Shown here piece after piece: positions 36,862-46,393 of a stretch of 64,000 nt of DNA. The stretch comes from Saprospirales bacterium (GTDB taxonomy: Bacteria; Bacteroidota; Bacteroidia; Chitinophagales; UBA8649). The stretch lies in contig PAPS01000033.1 of the NCBI GenBank assembly GCA_002708985.1, positions 5,803 to 69,802 on the forward strand, given 5' to 3'. The translations under genes were made by a program, and so were the position numbers. A model generated the notes under the pieces. That model was not told the origin of the DNA. It saw nothing but the letters and a program-made list of their open reading frames with translations, and ran no database searches. Position 1 is the first letter of the stretch; each line of letters begins with the position of its first letter.

Positions 36862-36891
36862 TGTTTAAGTTTAAGTCTGAAAAGTTAAACA
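36862..36891. promoter_or_regulatory. Putative CarH operator 2
   Basis: TGTTTAA-N16-TTAAACA, 66 bp after operator 1 and ending on the A of the sigma ATG. Confidence 0.7.
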
Positions 36892-37400
36892 TGTCTACAC
36901 GAGTATTTATAACACAAGTTGGGGAAATCGAAAGTTTTCTGCGTTCATTTGCACTTAGCCTAACTCAAAATCAAAGTGATTCTGACGATCTTGTTCAGGA
37001 CACTCTTCATCGAGCCATGAGAAATCTAGATAAGTACAAGGACGGTACAAATTTCCGTGCCTGGATGGCTACAATTATGAAGAATATCTTCATTAATAAC
37101 TACCGTCGCAAGTCTCGTCAAAACACTATGCTTGATGGATTAGATGAGCGCACAAGTACTGTCATTGATCGCAATCATTTCGAGATTAATACGGCATCAA
37201 GTAACTTGAGTGAAGAACTGATTGTTAATGAAATTGACGCGCTGAAGGATGATTTACGCCTTCCATTCCTTATGCATGTTGATGGTTTTAAATATGAAGA
37301 AATTGCCTTGCAACTTGACGTTCCTTTAGGAACAATCAAAAGTAGGATTTTTCATGCGCGACGTATACTTCGATTGCGTTTAACCAAACTAGGATATTAA
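36891..37400 (+). CDS. ECF sigma factor heading the crt operon
   Basis: DDLVQDT, NFRAWMATIMKNIFIN, YEEIA...PLGTIKSRIFHAR. Confidence 0.92.
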   Translation: MSTRVFITQVGEIESFLRSFALSLTQNQSDSDDLVQDTLHRAMRNLDKYKDGTNFRAWMATIMKNIFINNYRRKSRQNTMLDGLDERTSTVIDRNHFEINTASSNLSEELIVNEIDALKDDLRLPFLMHVDGFKYEEIALQLDVPLGTIKSRIFHARRILRLRLTKLGY

Positions 37401-38905
37401 TGTCGAAAGCCCTTGTCATAGGATCTGGATTCGCCGGCATCAGTGCCGCATCGCATCTCGCTCAAAAGGGATATGAGGTCAAGGTTCTAGAAAAAAATGA
37501 GGGCGCTGGTGGACGTTGTTCGGTATGGCACAAGGATGGTTTTACTTTTGATATGGGGCCATCTTGGTATTGGATGCCTGATGTATTTGATCGATATTTT
37601 AATCAATTTGGTAAACAAGTTCAAGATTATTACCACTTAGATCGTTTAGATCCAGGCTATAGAGTTTTTTTTCCGGAAGATCTTCGCGTTGACATTCCCG
37701 GTAACGAAATGGAGCTCTTCCAACTTTTTGACAGATTAGAGGAGAATGGTGGCAACAAGCTAAAGATCTTTCTTAATAACGCGAAGGCAAAATATGAGGC
37801 TGGTATGAATGACCTAGTTCATAGACCTTCTATTTCATTCACAGAGTTTATTGACTTTTCAATTGTAAAGCAGGTTCCGAAGCTTAAGTTGTTTACTTCC
37901 CTCACGGCAGAGATAAGTAGCCTCTTCACAAGTGAGGCAGCGCGCAAGCTATTGGAGTTTCCTGCTTATTTTCTTGGGGCTTTACCAAAAGATACACCTG
38001 CGCTATATAGCTTGATGAATTATGCTGACTTATCGCTCGGCACGTGGTATCCTCAAGGGGGAATGCATCAAATTATCAAAGGCATGGTTTCTTTGGCTGA
38101 AGAGTTAGGTGTTCATTTTGAATATAATGCGGAGGTTGAAAAAATATTAGTTGATGAGAACGGTCGTGCTCGTGGTGTGTCAGTGAATGAAATAACCTAT
38201 GAAGCTGACCTTATTGTTGCAGGTGCCGATTATCATCATGTTGAGTCAAAGCTTTTAGAACCTAAGTGGAGAAATTACCGGGAGGGTTTTTGGGATAAGC
38301 AGGTTATGGCACCTTCTTCTTTAATCTACTACTTAGGTATAGATAAGCGATTGGATAATCTATTACATCATAACCTTTTCTTTGACGAGGACATTGAGCA
38401 GTTTGGCTCAGATATATACAGTAAGCCTCAATGGCCTGAAAAACCACTATTTTATGTTTGTTGTCCATCAAAGACGGACACTTCGGTTGCTCCAAAAGGT
38501 AAAGAAAACGTGTTTTTGCTAATGCCTCTTGCTCCAGATCTTGAAGACACCGAATCTTTGAGAGAAAAGCGTTTCAAATTCATGGTTGATAAGTTAGAGA
38601 CCATTACGGGGACAAGTGTACACGATGCTATTTCCGTTAAACGAGGTTTTTGCATAAATGACTTTAAGTCGCGATATCATGCCTATCGTGGGAATGCCTA
38701 TGGACTAGCTAATACTTTACGGCAAACTGCTATATTCAAGCCTAAGATGATTAATAAGAAGGTGAATAATCTATTTTACACTGGGCAACTTACGGTACCC
38801 GGCCCAGGTGTTCCCCCTAGTCTTATTTCAGGCGAGGTTGTGGCAAATTATATCAGTAATAAGATTCCTTTAACGCAAAAAGAAACCTATGATGCACTTG
38901 CATGA
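37400..38905 (+). CDS. crtI: Phytoene desaturase
   Basis: IGSGFAG, FDMGPSWYWMPD, TGQLTVPGPGVPPSLISG. Confidence 0.93.
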   Translation: MSKALVIGSGFAGISAASHLAQKGYEVKVLEKNEGAGGRCSVWHKDGFTFDMGPSWYWMPDVFDRYFNQFGKQVQDYYHLDRLDPGYRVFFPEDLRVDIPGNEMELFQLFDRLEENGGNKLKIFLNNAKAKYEAGMNDLVHRPSISFTEFIDFSIVKQVPKLKLFTSLTAEISSLFTSEAARKLLEFPAYFLGALPKDTPALYSLMNYADLSLGTWYPQGGMHQIIKGMVSLAEELGVHFEYNAEVEKILVDENGRARGVSVNEITYEADLIVAGADYHHVESKLLEPKWRNYREGFWDKQVMAPSSLIYYLGIDKRLDNLLHHNLFFDEDIEQFGSDIYSKPQWPEKPLFYVCCPSKTDTSVAPKGKENVFLLMPLAPDLEDTESLREKRFKFMVDKLETITGTSVHDAISVKRGFCINDFKSRYHAYRGNAYGLANTLRQTAIFKPKMINKKVNNLFYTGQLTVPGPGVPPSLISGEVVANYISNKIPLTQKETYDALA

Positions 38906-39725
38906 TCGCTGTGGTGAGCTAACTAGTATTATGATGGCAAAGCAATACAGCACGTCATTTAGTTTAGGTATCCGTATGTTAGATAAGCCCTTGCGCTTTC
39001 CAATCTCTGCGATTTATGGATTTACGCGTGCAGCAGATGAAATCGTTGACACCTTTCATGATTACGATAAGCAGGCTTTGCTCGGGCGTTTTAAAAAGGA
39101 AACTTACCTCGCGATTGATGAGGGCATAAGCACTAATCCAATATTACACAGTTTCCAACGAATTGTTACTAGATACAATATTGAACGAGAGGTTATTGAG
39201 GCGTTTTTCACTTCTATGGAGATGGATTTACATAAATCCACATATACATCAGAAGACTACAATATCTATATCTATGGAAGTGCAGAAGTTGTAGGTTTAA
39301 TGTGTTTGAGTGTTTTTGTTAACGGTAATAAAGAAATGTACAATGATTTGCTTTACGGGGCAAAGATGCTCGGCAGTGCTTTTCAAAAAGTCAACTTTCT
39401 GAGAGATATTCAGGATGATGCGGAGGACAAAGGCAGGGTTTACTTTCCTGGAGTGAGCTTTGATAATTTTACAGAGCAGGATAAAGAAATCATTGAACAA
39501 GATATCCAACGTGAGTTCGATGAGTCGTTGGAGTATATCAAAAGACTTCCAACCTCTGCTCGCTTTGGTGTCTTTGTTGCTTACAACTACTACCAAAGGT
39601 TATTCAACAAAATAAAGCGAACCCCTGCAAGTCAGATTGCTATTCAGCGCATAAGAATTCCAAATACAAGGAAGTTTACTATGCTTGGACGATTATGGTT
39701 ATTTAATCAGTTAGGCGCAGTTTAG
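38889..39725 (+). CDS. crtB: Phytoene synthase
   Basis: YSTSFSLG, ADEIVD, YIYGSAEVVGLMC, VNFLRDI. Confidence 0.94.
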   Translation: MMHLHDRCGELTSIMMAKQYSTSFSLGIRMLDKPLRFPISAIYGFTRAADEIVDTFHDYDKQALLGRFKKETYLAIDEGISTNPILHSFQRIVTRYNIEREVIEAFFTSMEMDLHKSTYTSEDYNIYIYGSAEVVGLMCLSVFVNGNKEMYNDLLYGAKMLGSAFQKVNFLRDIQDDAEDKGRVYFPGVSFDNFTEQDKEIIEQDIQREFDESLEYIKRLPTSARFGVFVAYNYYQRLFNKIKRTPASQIAIQRIRIPNTRKFTMLGRLWLFNQLGAV

Positions 39726-39765
39726 CCCGTTAGGCGGAGTCGGCCCCTTTGCTTATCTTGCTACA

Positions 39766-40560
39766 GTGAAGATTTTGCTCAGATATCTAGCCTTTGTTGG
39801 TTGTTTGATGGCAACGTTGCCCGCTATTGGACAGAGCAACGTGGAAGATATTCTCGGTCTATCTTCGGACGAGGCGGGTTTTAGACAGCATGAGTTAAAT
39901 TTTGGCAGTCGTTTTCATACAAATGGTTATTCTGCTTTCCTGGAGAAAGTTTGGTTCAAGACCTACAAGAAAAGCCGCCTACTTCAAATAGAATATTTCC
40001 ATTTCAAAGACATGCGTGAGCGGAAGCAGGAAAGTCTTTACAGTGCATGTAATCCAAAACGCTATTTTTTTGGAAAGAAGAATTCTTTTTTTTCTCTGCA
40101 TACTGCTATGGGTCAACGAAGGCTTCTCGCAAAGAAAGCTGATCGATTGGGAGTTAGCATATCCTACGACTGGCTTTTGGGTTTTTCGTTGGGATTTGAA
40201 AAGCCTTACTATTTGGAAATGATTGACGATAAGGATGGAGATAACCTTATTAATTGCACCAAAGATCATGAACCTGAGCGATATTCTGAATCAAATGCTT
40301 CAAGATTTCTTGCCCGTCAAGAGATTTATGGGGCTGCAAGAATAGGGCTCGGTTTCACTGAGATAAAGCCTGTTCCTGGGCTTCATGGAAAAATTGGACT
40401 TCACTTTGATTGGGCCACTGATGCCTCTTTTGTCAAAGCGCTCGATGCCGGTATCTCTTTGGATATATATTATCGCCGGCTTGATGTAATGGTTGCTGAA
40501 ACAAATAAGCCTATAATTTTTAATTTATACCTCGGATTTCTTCTGGGAAAGAGATATTGA
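39766..40560 (+). CDS. Predicted outer-membrane beta-barrel protein, unknown function
   Basis: GTG start, signal peptide, alternating strands, C-terminal NLYLGFLLGKRY. Confidence 0.7.
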   Translation: MKILLRYLAFVGCLMATLPAIGQSNVEDILGLSSDEAGFRQHELNFGSRFHTNGYSAFLEKVWFKTYKKSRLLQIEYFHFKDMRERKQESLYSACNPKRYFFGKKNSFFSLHTAMGQRRLLAKKADRLGVSISYDWLLGFSLGFEKPYYLEMIDDKDGDNLINCTKDHEPERYSESNASRFLARQEIYGAARIGLGFTEIKPVPGLHGKIGLHFDWATDASFVKALDAGISLDIYYRRLDVMVAETNKPIIFNLYLGFLLGKRY

Positions 40561-40640
40561 CAATTCTGACAGAACCTTTAGGATAGGAAGGTGGTTTGGT
40601 GTTATATTAGAAACTGTAAAGAAATCGTAAACAAAATACT

Positions 40641-43637
40641 ATGAATCGCATTTTACGCTTCGCTGCATTGGCAGCATTACCCGCATTGCTTCTTTCAAGC
40701 TGTGCACAACAAGAAAATGTAACCTTAAAAACGGATGCATCTTTAAGTGAGTCAAATCAGGAGATTGCCTCTGCAAAACCCTGGGATAAACCTCAGCGCA
40801 TGATGGAGTCCATGCAGTATCGTTATGATAAATGGGCTGATCCTGTAACAGGCGAAATTGACTACCGTAATTATTACAAAGCACTTGCGCAGGCAGATCG
40901 CATTGCCCAAGGCCCTTCGACTAAAGCAAATTTTGATCTTTCTTGGGATGCTTTAGGTCCTGATAATCAGGGTGGACGGACAAGAACAATCCTCATCGAT
41001 AAGGATGATCGAAATTTAATGTTTACCGGATCAGTAGCAGGCGGTATGTATCGTTCCACGGATAGAGGAGATTCTTGGGAATACATGGATAATTATCCTG
41101 GCTTCTCTGCGATTTCTTCTATCGTGCAGTCTGCTGACGGAACAATTTACGTAGGAACAGGAGAAGGATTTGCATCTTACCAATCACCAACGGGGGTAAG
41201 TTTCACTCCTGCTGCACCTGGTAATGGGGTTTGGAAGTCATCGGATAAAGGCCAAACTTGGCAATTCTTATCAAGCACCGCGTACTACACCCCAGGCGCA
41301 TCTGGCGTAGAAAACGTTACGAATCCTGGAGGTTGGGCAATCGTAAATCGATTAGCAGCTCATCCAACAGATCCTAACATTATTGCTGCTGCTGTTGTCA
41401 ATGGCCTTTATGTTTCACAAGACGGAGGTTTAACTTGGATTCAGCGTTCAGGTTCGAATGCTCAAGATGTTAAGTGGTCTCCAGATGGAAACCGTCTTTA
41501 TGGAACAATTAGCGGACGGATGTATTACACGGACAATTTTGGAGTGAATTGGGCATCATCCTCTCTCTCTACTTCGGGAAGAACGGAGATTGGAGTAACT
41601 CCAGCTAATCCGGATTACATTTATTTAAGTAATGCGAATGGGCAAGGATGTTTCAATGGCCTTTGGGTATCGGAGAACAAGGGGATAACATTCACTCGCG
41701 TTGCTGATAATACAAACTTTGATCCCTTTGCTCAGCCTTCTGGTTCTGCTGGCTGTCAGGGTGGATATGATAATGCCATTGCAGTAAGTCCATGTGATGA
41801 GACATTAGTATACATTGGTGGAATTACCTTCTACACTTGGTCAAATAACTCAGGTGGATTACGTCGTGCTGACGTAATTGGTACGGAGGGTGGTAGTGCA
41901 CCAAATGCGGATTATCTGCATGCAGATAAGCATACTATTTTATTCGACCCGTTCGACGCTACATGCAATACAATGTGGGTCGGAAATGATGGCGGGCTTT
42001 CTGTTGCTAGTCGTGCGAAAGATGGTTTTCCTGATAACCTTCAATTTCAAGAAAAGAATTTTGGTTACCAATCTCTCCAGTGTTGGAGTGTTGGTGCAGG
42101 ATTCTATGGCGAAAGTGCTTGTGGAGCCCAGGATAATGGTTCTCAGTATATCGACGGTCTTGGGAATTCTTCGAAAGCTTCTTCAAGATACGTCGGTGGT
42201 GACGGCGGTTATGCTGAAATTTCTCACCTAGATCCAGATATTGTCTTTGGAGGTTCGCAAAACGGAAATCTTCGTCGTTCTACAAATCGAGGAGGATCAG
42301 TACAGACATTTTTTGATAGTAATATTGACGAAGGCGGGTGTGGTTTCCCTTCAGGATGTTTATGGAGTCCTTCTCAGACATGTGAAAGTATCGAAAACAG
42401 TACATCGAAGTTTGTGACTTTCTTCACTCTAGCGGAAACTGATAATGTAGTTAATCCACCTAATTCTGCGTATGTTGCTGCTCGAGCTGATTTTGTAAAT
42501 AATAATGGCGTTCTTATTCCTGGAGAGACAATAAACGCTGGAACTACAGTCAACGCAATCAGTGGTAAAACAGGTATTGAATTTCCTGTAACGCTAACGG
42601 CAACGGTATTTCCTGGTGATACATTGTTTTTACCGGATCCATATGATGCTAAACTCTTTATGTCTACTTCATGTGGGGTATGGGTTTGTACTAATCCATT
42701 AGACAAGGTCAACGGACAAATTTGGTACAAGATTACCAATCTAGATGCTGATGGAATGGCAGTTTCGGAAGACCTCAATACGCTATACTGCGTCAATGGA
42801 TCTACATACTTCACTGTATCTAATCTTAATGGGGCAAATTTCCCAGCTAGCGGTTCTCAGAACCCCTCTGCGGTGGTCGGCTTAATTACAACAAGTACTT
42901 CAGTCCCTGGAGGCGGAAGTATGGAAGGTGTTGCAGTGGATCCTAATGATCCAAATCACGTATTAGTCGTAAAGACATCTTACGCAGCGTCATCGCATGT
43001 CTATCGCACAAACAATGCTTTGGCAAATAACCCAACATTTGTTAGTCTCCAAAACAGTGACGCACAGATGCCCTACATGCCTTTCTATGACGCAACGATT
43101 GATTTCAACGACGCTAATCGTTACCTCGTAGCTACTGAATTAGGTGTATGGGGAAGTGATGACGGCGGTATTACTTGGTCAGAGCAAAACACGAATTTAG
43201 GTCGTGTACCTACTTATGGTGTTCGTCAGTTCAGATATTGTGATGATGATCCAAGTTGCAGAGCAATTTACATTGGGACGCACTCACGTGGTATGTGGCG
43301 TACAACTACGTTAAATGGAGCAAATTGTGCAGCGTCTTGTAAACTTCCTACAGATATTCCTTCTGTGGCGCAGGATGTAACAGATCTCTCGATACAGCCA
43401 AATCCCGTAGCGAATAAGACAACTTTGACCCTAGACCTTGTGAATGGAGCAGATGTCAGAATTCGAGTGATTGACTTAGGTGGACGTCTTGTCAAAGAAT
43501 TCCAAACCCAATCAATTAGCGCTGGGACTCAAGAAATCCCTCTTGACGTTTCAGATATAAAACAAGGAGCTTATGCTGTTGTTGTATCGACAACTGGTGG
43601 ACGTGAAAATCGAAGTGTGATGATGGTTAAGAAATAA
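40641..43637 (+). CDS. BNR/Asp-box (sortilin/VPS10-like) beta-propeller protein with T9SS CTD
   Basis: Repeated SxDxGxxW (STDRGDSW, SSDKGQTW, SQDGGLTW, SDDGGITW), GTHSRGMW, IQPNPV CTD, lipobox LSSC. Confidence 0.85.
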   Translation: MNRILRFAALAALPALLLSSCAQQENVTLKTDASLSESNQEIASAKPWDKPQRMMESMQYRYDKWADPVTGEIDYRNYYKALAQADRIAQGPSTKANFDLSWDALGPDNQGGRTRTILIDKDDRNLMFTGSVAGGMYRSTDRGDSWEYMDNYPGFSAISSIVQSADGTIYVGTGEGFASYQSPTGVSFTPAAPGNGVWKSSDKGQTWQFLSSTAYYTPGASGVENVTNPGGWAIVNRLAAHPTDPNIIAAAVVNGLYVSQDGGLTWIQRSGSNAQDVKWSPDGNRLYGTISGRMYYTDNFGVNWASSSLSTSGRTEIGVTPANPDYIYLSNANGQGCFNGLWVSENKGITFTRVADNTNFDPFAQPSGSAGCQGGYDNAIAVSPCDETLVYIGGITFYTWSNNSGGLRRADVIGTEGGSAPNADYLHADKHTILFDPFDATCNTMWVGNDGGLSVASRAKDGFPDNLQFQEKNFGYQSLQCWSVGAGFYGESACGAQDNGSQYIDGLGNSSKASSRYVGGDGGYAEISHLDPDIVFGGSQNGNLRRSTNRGGSVQTFFDSNIDEGGCGFPSGCLWSPSQTCESIENSTSKFVTFFTLAETDNVVNPPNSAYVAARADFVNNNGVLIPGETINAGTTVNAISGKTGIEFPVTLTATVFPGDTLFLPDPYDAKLFMSTSCGVWVCTNPLDKVNGQIWYKITNLDADGMAVSEDLNTLYCVNGSTYFTVSNLNGANFPASGSQNPSAVVGLITTSTSVPGGGSMEGVAVDPNDPNHVLVVKTSYAASSHVYRTNNALANNPTFVSLQNSDAQMPYMPFYDATIDFNDANRYLVATELGVWGSDDGGITWSEQNTNLGRVPTYGVRQFRYCDDDPSCRAIYIGTHSRGMWRTTTLNGANCAASCKLPTDIPSVAQDVTDLSIQPNPVANKTTLTLDLVNGADVRIRVIDLGGRLVKEFQTQSISAGTQEIPLDVSDIKQGAYAVVVSTTGGRENRSVMMVKK

Positions 43638-43658
43638 ATCAATAATTGCACGGAATGC

Positions 43659-43690
43659 AAAAAAGGGGAAGGATTACCTTCCCCTTTTTT
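43659..43690 (+). terminator. Intrinsic terminator
   Basis: AAAAAAGGGGAAGG-ATTA-CCTTCCCCTTTTTT, perfect 14-bp arms. Confidence 0.92.
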
Positions 43691-43791
43691 ATGCCCTGTC
43701 GATAACGCGATTACTCTTTTTACCAACCACTTTTCGCGAACATATTAAAGGCCAATTTGTTCTCTTAATATAACTTCTAAAACCCTACATA

Positions 43792-44085
43792 ATGGCAGTA
43801 GACGATTTACGAAACGAACTGGCAGTTAAGATTAAAGAGATACCCCCGATTGAAAAGAAGCTTAAATTTCAGATTGATGGGGAAATCATGTTTATTGATG
43901 GCAGGGGTAGCGAAAATGTGATGAGTGCAATCGACGAGGAAGCAGATTGTACGATTACAATGAGTGAGGATACCTACCTCAAACTACAGAACAAGCAGAT
44001 AAAACCCATGATTGCCACTTTGACAGGCAAGCTAAAGGTAAAAGGTGATTTAGCACTCGCTCGAAAGCTCAAGGAACTTATGTAG
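43792..44085 (+). CDS. SCP2 sterol/lipid-binding domain protein
   Basis: ADCTITMS, TGKLKVKGDLALA. Confidence 0.88.
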   Translation: MAVDDLRNELAVKIKEIPPIEKKLKFQIDGEIMFIDGRGSENVMSAIDEEADCTITMSEDTYLKLQNKQIKPMIATLTGKLKVKGDLALARKLKELM

Positions 44086-45351
44086 ATGGAATCCAATCAA
44101 AAAGAACAAGTCTTCATTGAACGAAGTCGGGGTCTTAACATAATGAATGGAGCGGGAAAGCTCTTAAATCGGTTGGGCTTTAAAGTGTACACGCTTGACG
44201 CTAGGTCCATCATAAAAAAGGCTGTGAAGGATGCTAACTATCAGGGTGAAGTACCAAGTGGGCTTGTTGCCGGTCTAGAGCAATTAGTTCAATCGATTAA
44301 TAAGGAGAGCAGAATCAATGCTTTTGGCTCGATTGCATTAACGGGTCTTCTTAAACGAACGCTCACCTCAAGGTTAAAAGTTGAGCAGGTTTTACAAAGC
44401 AACCCTTCCATTCTTGATAGGAAGATTACGGCTCCTGTCTTTATAATAGGCATGCCGAGAACGGGTACCACGATTCTTCACAGTTTATTGCACGAGGATG
44501 TGAACCACCGATCGCCTCTTGCTTGGGAATGCCTTTTACCAAGTCCAGTTCCCGAGCCTTCAACCTTTACTGATAATCCCCAGCTCAATATGATAAAGAA
44601 GGAATTCGGCCAGCTTTTTAAGCTTGTGCCAGACTTCCAAAAGAAGCATCATATGACGGCCGAGTCACCCCAAGAATGTATTGGAATAACGGCCTTGGAT
44701 TTTAATAGTTTTCAGACCTGTGCTCAGGTGTATATTCCGAGCTACCTAAAGTGGTTTTCTGAAGTATCTGATCAACTTCAGACCATGCGCTTCCATAGGA
44801 GTTTTTTGCAGTACCTAGAGTCGGGAGGGGTTCGCTCCGAGCGATGGTTGCTTAAAACCCCGGTGCACATGATGCGTTTATCTGCTCTATTTGACGTATA
44901 TCCTGATGCTAGGGTTATTATGACTCATAGAGACCCTGCAAAGGTTGTCCCTTCAGCTGCTAGCCTGATATCTTCTGTACGTTCTTTATACAGTGATTAT
45001 GAAGAACCCGCTCGTTCGGGTAAAGAGCAGCTTGATTTTTGGAAAACATCCTTTGATCGGTTTATGGCCGATCGTGCTCAATTGAATAAGGAAGATCAGA
45101 TTCTAGACCTTCATTTTAATGATTTTGTGCGTGATCAAATGGCCTGTGTCGATAAGATTTATTCGTATTTTAATTGGTCTTTAGATGATACAAGCCGGTC
45201 AAGGATGAAGTCTTTTTTGGTGTCCAATCCCAAAGGAAAACACGGTAGTCATGAATACAGCTTAGAGGATTTTGATCTAAGCAAGGATGAGGTCTCCAAA
45301 GCATTCCAGAATTATTATTCATTTCTTGAAAAGATGAACTATGAAAAGTAA
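44086..45351 (+). CDS. PAPS-dependent sulfotransferase (Sulfotransfer_3 type)
   Basis: 5'-PSB GMPRTGTTILH, WLLKTPVH, 3'-PB THRDPAKVVPS. Confidence 0.9.
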   Translation: MESNQKEQVFIERSRGLNIMNGAGKLLNRLGFKVYTLDARSIIKKAVKDANYQGEVPSGLVAGLEQLVQSINKESRINAFGSIALTGLLKRTLTSRLKVEQVLQSNPSILDRKITAPVFIIGMPRTGTTILHSLLHEDVNHRSPLAWECLLPSPVPEPSTFTDNPQLNMIKKEFGQLFKLVPDFQKKHHMTAESPQECIGITALDFNSFQTCAQVYIPSYLKWFSEVSDQLQTMRFHRSFLQYLESGGVRSERWLLKTPVHMMRLSALFDVYPDARVIMTHRDPAKVVPSAASLISSVRSLYSDYEEPARSGKEQLDFWKTSFDRFMADRAQLNKEDQILDLHFNDFVRDQMACVDKIYSYFNWSLDDTSRSRMKSFLVSNPKGKHGSHEYSLEDFDLSKDEVSKAFQNYYSFLEKMNYEK

Positions 45352-46393
45352 AGAAGCATTAGATGCCTTATTGGATATTGTGAAGTCAGCGGATCATACC
45401 TTTTTAGATCCTGATAAGAATCTTGATGCACAAGGTAAAGTTGATGGATATAGACATCTCTTTCACTTAATGCGGACAACGATTGACTTCTATCTTTTTA
45501 ATGATCCAATGCACCCTACCTTCATGCCCTTATCCAATGAGCACCATAAAATTCTAGGCGATAATGTAGATGCAGTATATTATTTCACACAGCTACTTCC
45601 TGATCAGGAGTATGTCATTTCAGGAAGACGCTTTGATAGCTGTTATTTATCTTTTACGACCTATGGTGGTGATGCGGATGGTAGTATTGTTGATCGCGTT
45701 GCAAATTCAATAAACCATAGACGCATAAACTTCGACGAAGATGGCCGCTTTGAGATTAAACTAACTCCATACCCAAAAGGCGATAATGAGTTTATGTTAG
45801 ATTCTGACGTAGTTAATTTATTTACTAGGGAGTACTTTTTGGATCGATTCAATGGCCAAGAGAGTGAGCTATCGATAAAAAATATCAGCAATCAAGGAAT
45901 ACCGCCTGTTCTTGATGACGAAGCACTCGCAAGAAGGATACAAATAATGACTACTTTCTTCCAGCAAAGTACTTGGTTGGCACCGCTTCCTGTGGAATTT
46001 CCCATGAATGATTTTTTACCCCCTTTTCCCTTTGATGCCGAGCAAGGAGGGTGGGGCACCGTGGATAATATTTACTGTTTTGGCCGCTATCACCTCAAGC
46101 AAAATGAATACTTAAAAATTGAGTTCTCATCCCCTGAATGTTGTTACTGGGGTGTACAAACTTGGAATTATCTCATGCAATCTATGGATTATAGATATTA
46201 TCCTGTTGGATTAAATAAGGGTAATGCAGTACAGAATGCAGAGGGTAACTATACTATATATCTAAGCCATAGCCCAATGAAGGTTGATAATTGGATAAGC
46301 ACGGCGGGTTATGAAGAGGCTATAATTTTTTGTCGTTGGTTGCTCAGTGAGGAAGTTCCCAACAAGCCAGTGGTCACTTTACATTCTCTTTAA
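45341..46393 (+). CDS. DUF1214-like protein
   Basis: GDNVDAVYY, YVISG, DEDGRFEI, YWGVQTWNY, DNWISTAG, FCRW. Confidence 0.7.
   Translation: MKSKEALDALLDIVKSADHTFLDPDKNLDAQGKVDGYRHLFHLMRTTIDFYLFNDPMHPTFMPLSNEHHKILGDNVDAVYYFTQLLPDQEYVISGRRFDSCYLSFTTYGGDADGSIVDRVANSINHRRINFDEDGRFEIKLTPYPKGDNEFMLDSDVVNLFTREYFLDRFNGQESELSIKNISNQGIPPVLDDEALARRIQIMTTFFQQSTWLAPLPVEFPMNDFLPPFPFDAEQGGWGTVDNIYCFGRYHLKQNEYLKIEFSSPECCYWGVQTWNYLMQSMDYRYYPVGLNKGNAVQNAEGNYTIYLSHSPMKVDNWISTAGYEEAIIFCRWLLSEEVPNKPVVTLHSL

Noticed and set aside
41445-41460. GGTTCGAAT resembling a tRNA T-loop
   Set aside because: It lies inside a CDS and there is no cloverleaf. No tRNA was found in the window.
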